A stretch of 64,000 bases of DNA from the NCBI GenBank assembly GCA_048128005.1, contig JBEUKZ010000023.1:372001-436000 (forward strand). Direction: 5' to 3'. The first letter of the stretch is position 1. Every line of letters starts with the position of its first letter. The notes beneath the pieces are model-generated. The model was not told the DNA's origin, did no database searches, and worked only from the letters and a program-made list of their open reading frames with translations. Below, piece after piece: positions 13,701 to 25,700 of the stretch. This DNA is from Veleropilina oligotropha (taxonomy: Eukaryota). The position numbers and the translations under genes were made by a program.

Positions 13701-16700
13701 TTATGATAGATTGTAATTGCAAACTCGTTACCGCTATTATGTATTGCTTGAATATTGCCACCTGTACATGTATATGTGTAACTTGTATATTCTGTAAGTT
13801 GTAATAAAATATTGTTTAAATCAAATTATTGCTTGAATATTAGTTAAATACAAAATATTCATTATTTTTTTACTTTATAGGTATTGAAGAAAATCCGAGA
13901 TGCGCTCGAAGACCCCGTTGTTGAATCCTTCATGTTGGATTTCGAAAAAGGTGTGTATAAACATTTGTCACTAAAATATATATCGTAAAGTACAATTAAA
14001 GTACAATTAAAGAAATGATTAACAATGAATTATATAATTAAATGTCTTCTGTTTGCTTTCAGGTGCATGGCAAGCCATTAGAGAGGTATTTCCAGGCAGA
14101 ATTATTAAAGGCTGTGTATTCCACTGGACTCAGGCAGTCTATCGTAAAGTTCTTCAACTGGGGTTGTCTACAGCATACGTTCAGCGCAGAGACAAGTACG
14201 AATATATCAGAAAGCTGTTAGCGTTGCCTTTCCTGCCGAGCGAACATATCGTAGAAGCATTTGAAGAATTAGAGAGACAGGCATTAGGTGTTGACAATGA
14301 TCTCCTCAAGACCCTGGTGAATTACATTCGTAAGAATTGGATCGAGAGCTCGGTTTGGCGCCCTGAAAATTGGTCAGCCTTCAGAGAGACGATAAGAACA
14401 AACAACGATGTAGAAGGTATGTTTCATGTTTATTATTAAAGAACAATATTAAATAGGAAAACGAGATATATTTTGATTTTTAATTATTATAGCATTGATT
14501 TAATTTACATTACATTTACAATGTTATTACTTAATTATTACAATCACTGATTTAGAAAATATATAGGTTTGAATGACACTCATGTTGTTGTTTTTTATCT
14601 TTTGCAGGATGGCATCGGCGGCTCAACTTCAGGGCAGGAAAAGCCAAACTTTCGTTCTACGTTCTTGTTCCCCTGTTACGAACTGAAGCCGAAGTCGTCA
14701 GCATCCAAACCAGACTGGTGTCAGAAAATCTGCTGACACGTATTCAACGAAAAAGTTATCGTCAAATTCATGGCCGGCTATTCGAGTTGTGGGACAAATA
14801 TGAAGACGAAGACATCACCACATCAAAGCTTCTGAGAGAATGCTCTCACATCATCGGTCTCGGTCCTGTCCCTGTTCCTGCAATTGAATAAAGTGTTGTA
14901 TGAATTGTGACTAATGTACATGTATTTAAGGTTCCGTATTTAATATAAATATGATACTAATTTTCTTTCCGATTACTGTCTTATTTTATTCCATGTAATT
15001 CTAAACTGACAGTCTGTTAATAAAATATTATTTTGCTTCTTCCTAACTAATGAGCATATCGTTAATAAATATGATATTAATTTCCTTTCCTAATGTTAGT
15101 TTCTTTTTGGTTTATTTCATGTTATTGTAAACTGTTAATTTATAAAGTATTATTGTTGCTTGATTACCTTAAATTGTTGTATATATTGTAACTAATGTAA
15201 ATATCGTTAATATAAATATGATATTAATTTCATTTCCTATAACTGTCACTGTATTTTTTATTTCATGTAATTGTAAACTGTTAATAAAATATTATTGTTG
15301 CTCAATCCTCTTGTTGTACAATCTTGTTACAATTTTACTTCAAATACATAGTAAATTATTTGATAACAAAAATCATAAAATACACCACATTTTGACCCAG
15401 CTATAGATGTGATTCTAATATTATCAAGTCTTCTTAACATTATCAATTACCATTACCACTAGACCTTTCTAAGTTTGCGTTTTGGCGTTTTGGGTAACAA
15501 AACGATCTCGCACCGAGTAACTTCAATGGCGTTGTCAACCTGCATTAAAATAATTCAATATTTCGCCAATTTTATGTCCAAGTCTTTGAATTATACTATA
15601 AAACATAACGATACATTTCAAATAACGTATAAATAATACAGAACAGACAAAATGAATTTATATAAGAAGCTCTCAGTGAAAATACGAAACTATATACGGT
15701 AGGCCTAATATGTTTTGCAAATGGCGAAGTAAAAACAGGCTCAGCGTACATTTTGCAAACGATTTATACACGACGACTCGACCTAAACAACAAAAATACG
15801 TCCTGGTATATAAATAGGAAACGTTTTAATGTCATATGTTATATGTATGTCTTATTTTGGGTTGCTGAAGTGCGATTTTTAAACTTGGGGCGAAACCTCC
15901 TGGGACATTTGTTAGCATGGGGCGAACCCGTACTGGGGCGAACTTGATTGGGGCGAAACCTCTGTAAACCTTTAAAGGTCCTTGTGGGTTAATAATAAAG
16001 AATGATAAGGTATTTAAAGTAAAAGTAAAGTACTTCATTATGTATTTTTTGTTGTCAGTTAATAATAACCCATAAGAAAGTACAGTAAAAGTTAAGTACT
16101 TCGTTAATTTTGCATGATAACCCATAAGAAAGTAACAGTAAAAGTAAAGTACTTCGTTTGGTAATTTTGCATGACAGTATCTTCAAACATGGCAGGAAGG
16201 CCGGCAGCTCCCACTGTAATAATTGATCCGATTAATATCATTGCTGTTAACGTTCGGAATGACGTTTACAACTTTTCAACGCTTTTGCCAGAGATTGACA
16301 CCACTGCCTCATGTCTACGATGGTTGGCTAGTCGCCGTCTCATAATGAATTGTTTTGAATGCCCAAATTGCCAACAAATGGCTAGTTTCAGTGTTCACAA
16401 CGGTAGTGTTGATGGTAGACGTTGGGTTTGTCGACGTTGCAATGTGCACAAATCTGTCAGAGAAGGCTCCTTTTTCTCAAACAGCCACTTGACTTTGAAA
16501 CAAATAATTATTTTGGTTTACTGTTGGGCGCATGACATGCCCCAATTTATGATGGAGCATGAGTCTGAAATCGGCAGTAAAACTACAGTCGTCGACTGGT
16601 GTAACTTTATTCGGGAAGAGTGCCAGGTTTGGTTAAACAACAACAGTGACGAAATTGGGGGAATGGACAACCAAGGCGATCCCATTGTGGTTGAAATTGA

Positions 16701-19700
16701 CGAAACCAAGTATTTCCACCGTAAATATCATCGCGGGCAGTGGCGTGACGGCCACTGGGTTTTTGACAGTGGAAAATGTTTTCTTTTGGAAGTTCCAGAT
16801 AGGTCAGCACGAACACTTGAAGCTCTCATACTGGAGTACATATTACCAGGGTCGCACATCGTATCCGATGGTTGGGCATCATACGCCAACATTCCTGCAC
16901 TGAATCACGGAATCTATACTCACTCTGTTGTTGTGCATCAGCAGAATTTTGTTGATCCGAATGATGCGGACACGCACACCCAGAATATCGAGAACATGTG
17001 GATGCGAGCTAAACGCAAGTTAAAACAACAGTTTGGCACATCCAGAGCATTGTTTCCGTCTTATCTCCACGAATTTGTGTTCCGAGCCAGATTTAAGGAT
17101 CAAGACATTTTTGCTGTTTTCCTGCAAACAGTGGCAGATAATTATCCAATGTGACTTGTATAGCCATGAAATATTGACGTGTTCATTTAACCATTTTTTA
17201 GAAATGGTCATTTGTTATTTTTTGGGATGTACTAAATGCATATCATGCTTTACTGTAGAACACGACAGCTAAAATGGCTAGAAATAATTAAAGTACCTAA
17301 ACTGGAAGATTAAATAATTAAAGTACCTAAACTGGAAGATTACCAATTCCCTCTTTTAAACAAAAAGAAAACTAACTGTATTACAATTTGTATCCACTGG
17401 AAAAAATTTTGCGGGGGGGGGGGGGATATTAAAAAGCTGACGAATGACGGTGGCAGACAGTCCGTCCGACACTCAGCTTTCGTCTGTAATTTTCTACCAT
17501 TTAAATTAATCGCTACTGAGTAGTCTAGATAAAAATAATTAAAAGCACTCAGTTGCGTAGGTTTCTGTTTCAGTTTGTCAAGTAAGATAGCTTTCTACTT
17601 ACAGTTACAATAATGATTTCAATAAAAGTCTATCATTTGATCATATATCGATCGTATCTTTGCGAAATTTGTATCAATCTGCGCGAACCGTGTGATAGAG
17701 GGTGATCAGTCATGCTACACAGTCACGGAAAGAGTGCATTTATGGGCAATAGTCTCTTTAACTGGTCGGGGAAATGCTACAAAATGGGATGTATGTCTCA
17801 ATCGGGATATAAGTTTATAATCGTGATCTGATAATATGTTGTAGGTGCTACCTAGAAGGGCCGCTTCGGCAACGCAGTGGGTAATAGTGTCCACTCTAAC
17901 TTCACTGGCTTGATTCCGCTAATGCGAACAGTAGTGGGTTCAATACCTGGCTGAGGCATTGACATTAAATGTTCAAGTTATGAATCACAGTTGTCCGCGA
18001 CTGGCCGCAGAGGGAGGGTTTACCCGGGCGACCGGGGTTTCCTCCTGCGATAACACGGACATGTCCTGCCTTGAACCTCGATGTTGTAAATATACAGGAC
18101 ATTAAGCATCATTCCTCCCTCCCTCCGCTACCTAGAAACGAGCACTCAGATATTACATATATGTTACATAATGTACATATAATTATTAAAACTAATTACA
18201 AAGTTTTAAAACCACTATTTAATAGAATGCCTTAATTCCTTCTTCCAACTAGTACATTGACATTATTATATTTATATTGGCTCAACTTTGACCGTTCCGT
18301 GTCCTGGCCTAAGTTTGATTCGATCGGCAAATTCCGCTATTCTCTGAATCATTCTGAACGTTGCCAAAACAATATTTGACCGAATTTGAAATGTAGCGCC
18401 ATGACGTCACATTTACGCTAATGATTAACCGAGATTTTGACGCTCTTGGTAAATAAATAAAATATGATATTACCGATAACCGACCATAATATTACGGTAA
18501 TACCCATAACCGAACAATGTCTTATTTTGGCCAAATCAATGCCAGAATGCCTGTTTCCGCTTTATATGGTAGGCCTATGTGATTCTGAAGTCACTGGCTC
18601 GATTGCTCTAGCAGGATAATGTTCGAATCTCAGTTTGGGCAATGGCATTCTTTGTTCAGTTATCAATCACAGTTTACCGATTTAAACTCGACAGAGAAAA
18701 CGGTTTCCCCGGGCGACCAGACTTCCACCGCGATAATATGGACATGTCCTGTCTTGAACCTGAAGTTTGTAAATATACAGAATATTAAGCATCGATCCAA
18801 TCCAATCCATATTACACAAGTTTGAGCCCACGTACAGTGATCAAGAATCCTATACTAAGAGATTTTCATCACAGGATCTGCGTAGCTCTGGAACCTGACA
18901 AAATGAAGAAAGGTCCAACCAGTGATTAATGCAATGAATGTTGGTGCCATTTTACGATGACAAAATGTTACAATTTTAAATCTCTTTGTTTTTATCTTTT
19001 TCAATAGGATTTACTTGTGTACATGGAATGTTGCCAACAAGCCACCAAAGGATGATCTCTCTGCTCTTCTTGGTTTTAATAATGGAGCATTACCGGATGT
19101 CTATGGAATTGGGTAAGAAGTTCTGAGGCTAATAGCGGCACCACTCAAGCTTTCAAATGGAACTTATATCCATTGTATCAGATGCTCAGATAAATCGCGA
19201 TGACCACGATGAACTTATCAATTCTCATAGGTCTTCAACGTTAACCAATTCTTGGATTGTGACAATGCTAAGAACACTGGAATCGCTGTATTTGATATGA
19301 GTGCAAAAATTGTTTGCGTTTGTCATGCAACCACAACATTGTATTGATCAGGTTTAGACATTTGAATACGTTGCTCACATGCTAAATGATGACCACTTTA
19401 TAATCTATGCCACCTTCAGGAAATGTGGTACTTTGGAAATACATTTTACTTACAGCAGTAAATTAAAAACAACTGAGGATATTATCATTGTATTTAATAG
19501 ACAAAATTGTGAAAGATTATTTACGTAGCCCACCATAATTATAATAATAGTATATATACGGTACCTCGAAGATGTTGTGATACAAAGGACACAGAAGATA
19601 AACTATTGTAATTGAAAACTGTAGACGAAAATGGCAGACAGCAAAACCTATGTGCGTACACAAAATGCTGTATGAATATCTGCATGTCAATCGAGAAAAA

Positions 19701-22700
19701 AATGAAAATGCAGTCATTTAATGTGTGGATAGATTCTTGTAGGTTTTCCGTGAAAGATTCAGTGACAAGCATTTCAATTCAAGATATCTAATAAATTATT
19801 ATGAAAGGCAAATCTATCGAAATGCCTTTGCACGAAAGCTTTGTTGGGAATTCATTGATTATTTGTCAGTCTTGTAAAGTGAATTCATATGAACAGAAGG
19901 ATATGGTTAGAACATGATTTTGCTTTTCTGTATCGACAATAAACATTTTGTTTCCAGTTTACAAGAAGCGGGCAGCGATTGGATTAAACACTTTACAAAA
20001 TGTTTAGGGGCAAAAGGATATTTCAGGGTAAGAACTGTTTTTGGCTAATTAGATTTCTAAGTTGAAACCATAAATGTCCTCTGGGTCATATGCAAAAACA
20101 ATTCAGGTTCAAATATCTTTGAATCAAGACCCATGGATCCAGCTATTTACTTGGCCCACTAATAATCCATGCATCGATAAAACTTTCTGCATATTGATAT
20201 AAATGTCCTAGCAGGCTATGAAATTACAGTATACCATTATTACATCACAAAATAAAACATAATATTATCGTATCTCAATTGTTTTGGCCTACAACATTTA
20301 CAATGAACATGATCAAGCACCACAGGTTTGATTTTGCTTCACTTTGAAGTTGAATTATAAATCGTAGATTCTACGGTATTGCTGGACATTTTCAGGGAAA
20401 AACTGTGTTAACAGGTGTAGATATATGTCGTATCATATGGTTGATTGAGCTACAATTTTGACATTTCTCGTAAAATGAAATGGAAGTGTTTCCTAGGCAA
20501 TATGGAGTTTCTAAAATGAAATGTAGTAAGTTATCACTTATGTATTTCAGATTCGAGCTCGGTCCATGAGTTATCACTTGTGTATTTCAGATTCGAGCTC
20601 GGTCCATGAGTTATCACTTATGTATTTCAGATTCGAGCTCGGTCCATGAGTTATCACTTATGTATTTCAGATTCGAGCTCGGTCCATGAGTTTTGTGTAT
20701 TTCAGATTCGAGCTCGGTCCATGAGTTATCACTTATGTATTTCAGATTCGAGCTCGGTCCATGAGTTATCACTTATGTATTTCAGATTCGAGCTCGGTCC
20801 ATGAGTTATCACTTGTGTATTTCAGATTCGAGCTCGGTCCATGAGTTATCACTTGTGTATTTCAGATTCGAGCTTGGTCCATGAGTTATCACTTGTGTAT
20901 TTCAGATTCGAGCTCGGTCCATGAGTTATCACTTGTGTATTTCAGATTCGAGTTCGCTCCATGAGATATCACTTGTGTATTTCAGATTCGAGCTCGGTCC
21001 ATGAGTTATCACTTATGTATTTCAGATTCGAGCTTGGTCCATGAGTTATCACTTGTGTATTTCAGATTCGAGCTCGGTCCATGAGTTATCACTTGTGTAT
21101 TTCAGATTTGAGTTCGGTCCATGAGATATCACTTGTGTATTTCAGATTCGAGTGCGGTCCATGAGTTATCACTTATGTATTTCAGATTCGAGCTCGGTCT
21201 ATGGGAGACTTATGTATTTCAGATTCGAGCTCGGTCTATGGGAGACTTATGTATTTCAGATTCGAGCTCGGTCCATGAGTTATCACTTATGTATTTCAGA
21301 TTCGAGCTCGGTCCATGAGTTATCACTTGTGTATTTCAGATTCGAGCTCGGTACATGCGTTATCACTTGTGTATTTCAGATTCGAGCTCGGTCCATGAGT
21401 TATCACTTATGTATTTCAGATTCGAGCTCGGTCCATGAGTTATCACTTGTGTATTTCAGATTCGAGCTCGGTCCATGAGTTATCACTTGTGTATTTCAGA
21501 TTCGAGCTTGGTCCATGAGTTATCACTTGTGTATTTCAGATTCGAGCTCGGTCCATGAGTTATCACTTATGTATTTCAGATTCGAGCTCGGTCCATGAGT
21601 TATCACTTATGTATTTCAGATTCGAGCTCGATCCATGAGTTATCACTTATGTATTTCAGATTCGAGCTCGGGCCATGAGTGATCACTTATGTATTTCGGA
21701 TTCGAGCTCGGTCCATGAGTTATCACTTATGTATTTCAGATTCGAGCTCGGTCCATGAGTTATCACTTGTGTATTTCAGATTCGAGCTCGGTCCATGAGT
21801 TATCACTTATGTATTTCAGATTCGAGCTCGGTCCATGAGTTATCACTTGTGTATTTCAGATTCGAGCTCGGTCCATGAGTTATCACTTGTGTATTTCAGA
21901 TTCGAGTTCGGTCCATGAGTTATCACTTGTGTATTTCAGATTCGAGCTCGGTCCGTGAGTTATCACTTGTGTATTTCAGATACGAGCTCGGTCTATGGGA
22001 GCAATCATTACGATGGCATTTATCAAAAGAACTCAGTTAACCAGTGTCAGCAGTTTTGAAACTGAAGTGACAAGAACTGGATTTGGTGGATTTATGGTAA
22101 TATTTACATAGAACCAAATATTCTACCTCAATTTATTTGCAGATTTGTCTGTGATCAAGGGTTGATGTCTGATGCCTGTTCTGCATTGAAAATTTGTAGT
22201 TAATATTTAGTTAATTATAGAATTAGAGTAAATTACTTTGTTACATATTTGGCTAGCATGCAGTGCAAATACGAGTCTATCATAGGTGTTAACCATCCGC
22301 CTTCGTGTGAGAGAAACCCACATTTTTTACCCTGACCCACACACCCGCAACAGGCATAGAACGACCCGCAAAACGAAAAATTATATTTTGTTCATTTTCA
22401 TGCGAATGATTCAGTCATAATCACTGACCATTTAACTACTTTCTTACGGTAATTATATCATAACGATATTTGCAAGCTAATGTAGGGTAGTTAGGCCTAT
22501 TTGTTATAGCTGTAATCTGCGGGAGGAAACCCCGGTTGCCCGGGTAAACGCGCCCTCTTCGGCCAGTCACGGACAACTGTGATTCATAACTTGAACAAAT
22601 TTCAATGCCTCAGCCATGTATTGAACCCACCACTGTTCGCATTAGCGGAATCAAGCCAGTGAATTTAGAGTGGACACTCTACCCACTGCGCTGCCGAAGC

Positions 22701-25700
22701 GGCCTTAATGTAGGGAAGCTAGGCCTATTTGTTATAGCTGTAATCTGACCCCCCCCCCCCCCCCCCCTCCCCCACTCGACACATTTTCTTATAGTATTAA
22801 TTCATAATACTTGGTCAAATGCATAATAAATTTGAATATATATGTCATGCAAAGAAAGAAAAGAAGTGAAAGTGGAATCTCTTCTAAACGCATGTGGCAA
22901 TAACAAGGGAGATAACTGTAAATAGCAATATGTTTTTAGTGCTGCCAATTTTTTTTTAAATACGAATACCCCATACTTAAAAAATATATATAATTAGCCC
23001 TAATTAATTTTAATAAATGTGTTAATATCTATATATACACAGTCATCTTCAAATTTTATGATATAATAATTATCTAAAACATATTTTAAATATAGTCCTG
23101 CAGCCAAATGGTGATTTTGGGCTGAACCTTGTATTACCGTACATACAAAGTTTTATTGTTTTTTCTGGTAGATTAGACCTTCCTGAACATTTTTCAGCTG
23201 GGTGACAAGTTGTCACCCTTGAGCAATTTTTTTTAAACAAAATTCAAAATGGCCACCATCAAAACATCGTTTTTGGCCCGCCTTCTAAAGGCAGGGCTAT
23301 AGCCGTGTACTGGCGTCCGTCGTCCGTCGTCTGTCGTCCGTCTGTCGTCCGTCGTCCGTCCGTCGTCCGTCGCCTGATGCTTTCTGTCACATAGAAGACG
23401 AACCGCTGGCCCTACACCTTTCATATTGGGTATGCACCTTGTATACCATCAGGCCTAGCCCAAGTTCAAAGATGGGGTCGCTGGGTCAAAGGTCAAGGTC
23501 ATTTTCGTGTATTTCCGTTCTGGCACTTCGAAGATTGCTTTCTGTCACATAGAAGACGAACCGCTAGACCTACACCTTTCATATTGCGTATGCACCTTGT
23601 ATACCATCAGGCCTAGCCCAAGTTCAAAGATGGGGTCGCTGGGTCAAAGGTCAAGGTCATTTTCGTGTATTTCCGTTCTGGCACTTCGAAGATTGCTTTC
23701 TGTCACATAGAAGACGAACCGCTGGACCTACACCTTTCATATTGGGTATGCACCTTGTATACCATCAGGCCTAGCCCAAGTTCAAAGATGGGGTCGCTGG
23801 GTCAAAGGTCAAGGTCATTTTCGTGTATTTCCGTTCTGGCACTTCGAAGATTGCTTTCTGTCACATAGAAGACGAACCGCTGGACCTACACCTTTCATAT
23901 TGGGTATGCACCTGGTATACCATCAGGCCTAGCCCAAGTTCAAAGATGGGGTCCTGGGTCAAAGGTCAAGGTCATTTTCGTGTATTTCCGTTCTGGCACT
24001 TCGAAGATTGCTTTCTGTCACATAGAAGACGAACCGCTGGACCTACACCTTTCATATTGGGTATGCACCGTGTATACCATCAGGCCTAGCCCAAGTTCAA
24101 AGATGGGGTCGCTGGGTCAAAGGTCAAGGTCATTTTCGTGTATTTCCGTTCTGGCACTTCGAAGATTGCTTTCTGTCACATAGAAGATGAACCGCTGGAC
24201 CTACGCCTTTCATATTGGGTATGCACCTTGTATACCATCAGGCCTAGCCCAAGTTCAAAGATGGGGTCGCTGGGTCAAAGGTCAAGGTCATTTTCGTGTA
24301 TTTCCGTTCTGGCACTTCGAAGATTGCTTTCTGTCACATAGAAGACGAACCGCTGGACCTACACCTTTCATATTGGGTATGCACCTTGCATACCATCAGG
24401 CCTAGCCCAAGTTCAAAGATGGGGTCTCTGGGTCAAAGGTCAAGGTCATTTTCATGTATTTCCGTTCTGGCCCTTCGAAGATTGCTTTCTGTCACATAGA
24501 AGACGAACCGCTGGACCTACACCTTTCATATTGGGTATGCACCTGGTATACCATCAGGCCTAGCCCAAGTTCAAAGATGGGGTCGCTGGGTCAAAGGTCA
24601 AGGTCATTTTCGTGTATTTCCGTTCTGGCACTTCGAAGATTGCTTTCTGTCACATAGAAGACGAACCGCTGGACCTACACCTTTCATATTGCGTATGCAC
24701 CTTGTATACCATCAGGCCTAGCCCAAGTTCAAAGATGGGGTCGCTGGGTCAAAGGTCAAGGTCATTTTCGTGTATTTCCATTCTGGCACTTCGAAGATTG
24801 CTTTCTGTCACATAGAAGACGAACCGCTGGACCTACACCTTTCATATTGGGTATGCACCTTGTATACCATCAGGCCTAGCCCAAGTTCAAAGATGGGGTC
24901 GCTGGGTCAAAGGTCAAGGTCATTTTCGTGTATTTCCGTTCTGGCACTTCGAAGATTGCTTTCTGTCACATAGAAGACGAACCGCTGGACCTACACCTTT
25001 CATATTGGGTATGCACCTGGTATACCATCAGGCCTAGCCCAAGTTCAAAGATGGGGTCGCTGGGTCAAAGGTCAAGGTCATTTTCGTGTATTTCCGTTCT
25101 GGCACTTCGAAGATTGCTTTCTGTCACATAGAAGACGAACCGCTGGACCTACACCTTTCATATTGGGTATGCACCGTGTATACCATCAGGCCTAGCCCAA
25201 GTTCAAAGATGGGGTCGCTGGGTCAAAGGTCAAGGTCATTTTCGTGTATTTCCGTTCTGGCACTTCGAAGATTGCTTTCTGTCACATAGAAGACGAACCG
25301 CTGGACCTACACCTTTCATATTGGGTATGCACCTTGCATACCATCAGGCCTAGCCCAAGTTCAAAGATGGGGTCGCTGGGTCAAAGGTCAAGGTCATTTT
25401 CATGTATTTCCGTTCTGGCCCTTCGAAGATTGCTTTCTGTCACATAGAAGACGAACCGCTGGACCTACACCTTTCATATTGGGTATGCACCTGGTATACC
25501 ATCAGGCCTAGCCCAAGTTCAAAGATGGGGTCGCTGGGTCAAAGGTCAAGGTCATTTTCGTGTATTTCCGTTCTGGCACTTCGAAGATTGCTTTCTGTCA
25601 CATAGAAGACGAACCGCTGGACCTACACCTTTCATATTGGGTGTGCACCGTGTATACCATCAGGCCTAGCCCAAGTTCAAAGATGGGGTCGCTGGGTCAA

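Larger units (their letters stand above)
10938..17344 (+). mobile_element. Merlin (IS1595/ISXO2-related) DNA transposon, interrupted by a MULE insertion
   Basis: ~33-bp TIR GGTAATCTTCCAGTTTAGGTACTTTAATTATTT at 10938 and its inverse ending at 17344 (tandemly duplicated at the right end). 8-bp TSD AATGCCCT/AATTCCCT with one mismatch. Contains an ISXO2-type transposase ORF. Confidence 0.88.

Noticed and set aside
14940..15305. ORF 15218-15406 and AT-rich repeats as a second MULE gene
   Set aside because: The region consists of about three degenerate AT-rich tandem repeats in the transposase 3' region, with low-complexity translation.
16171..17154. Bacterial IS1595/ISXO2 contamination or recent horizontal transfer
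   Set aside because: It sits in eukaryotic intron sequence with Merlin-type GG-TIRs and an 8-bp TSD; Merlin is the known eukaryotic branch of this family.
20531..22000. CRISPR-like array (short repeat with a palindromic TCGAGCTCG core)
   Set aside because: Units are head-to-tail with no unique spacers, there are no cas genes, and the context is a eukaryotic intron.
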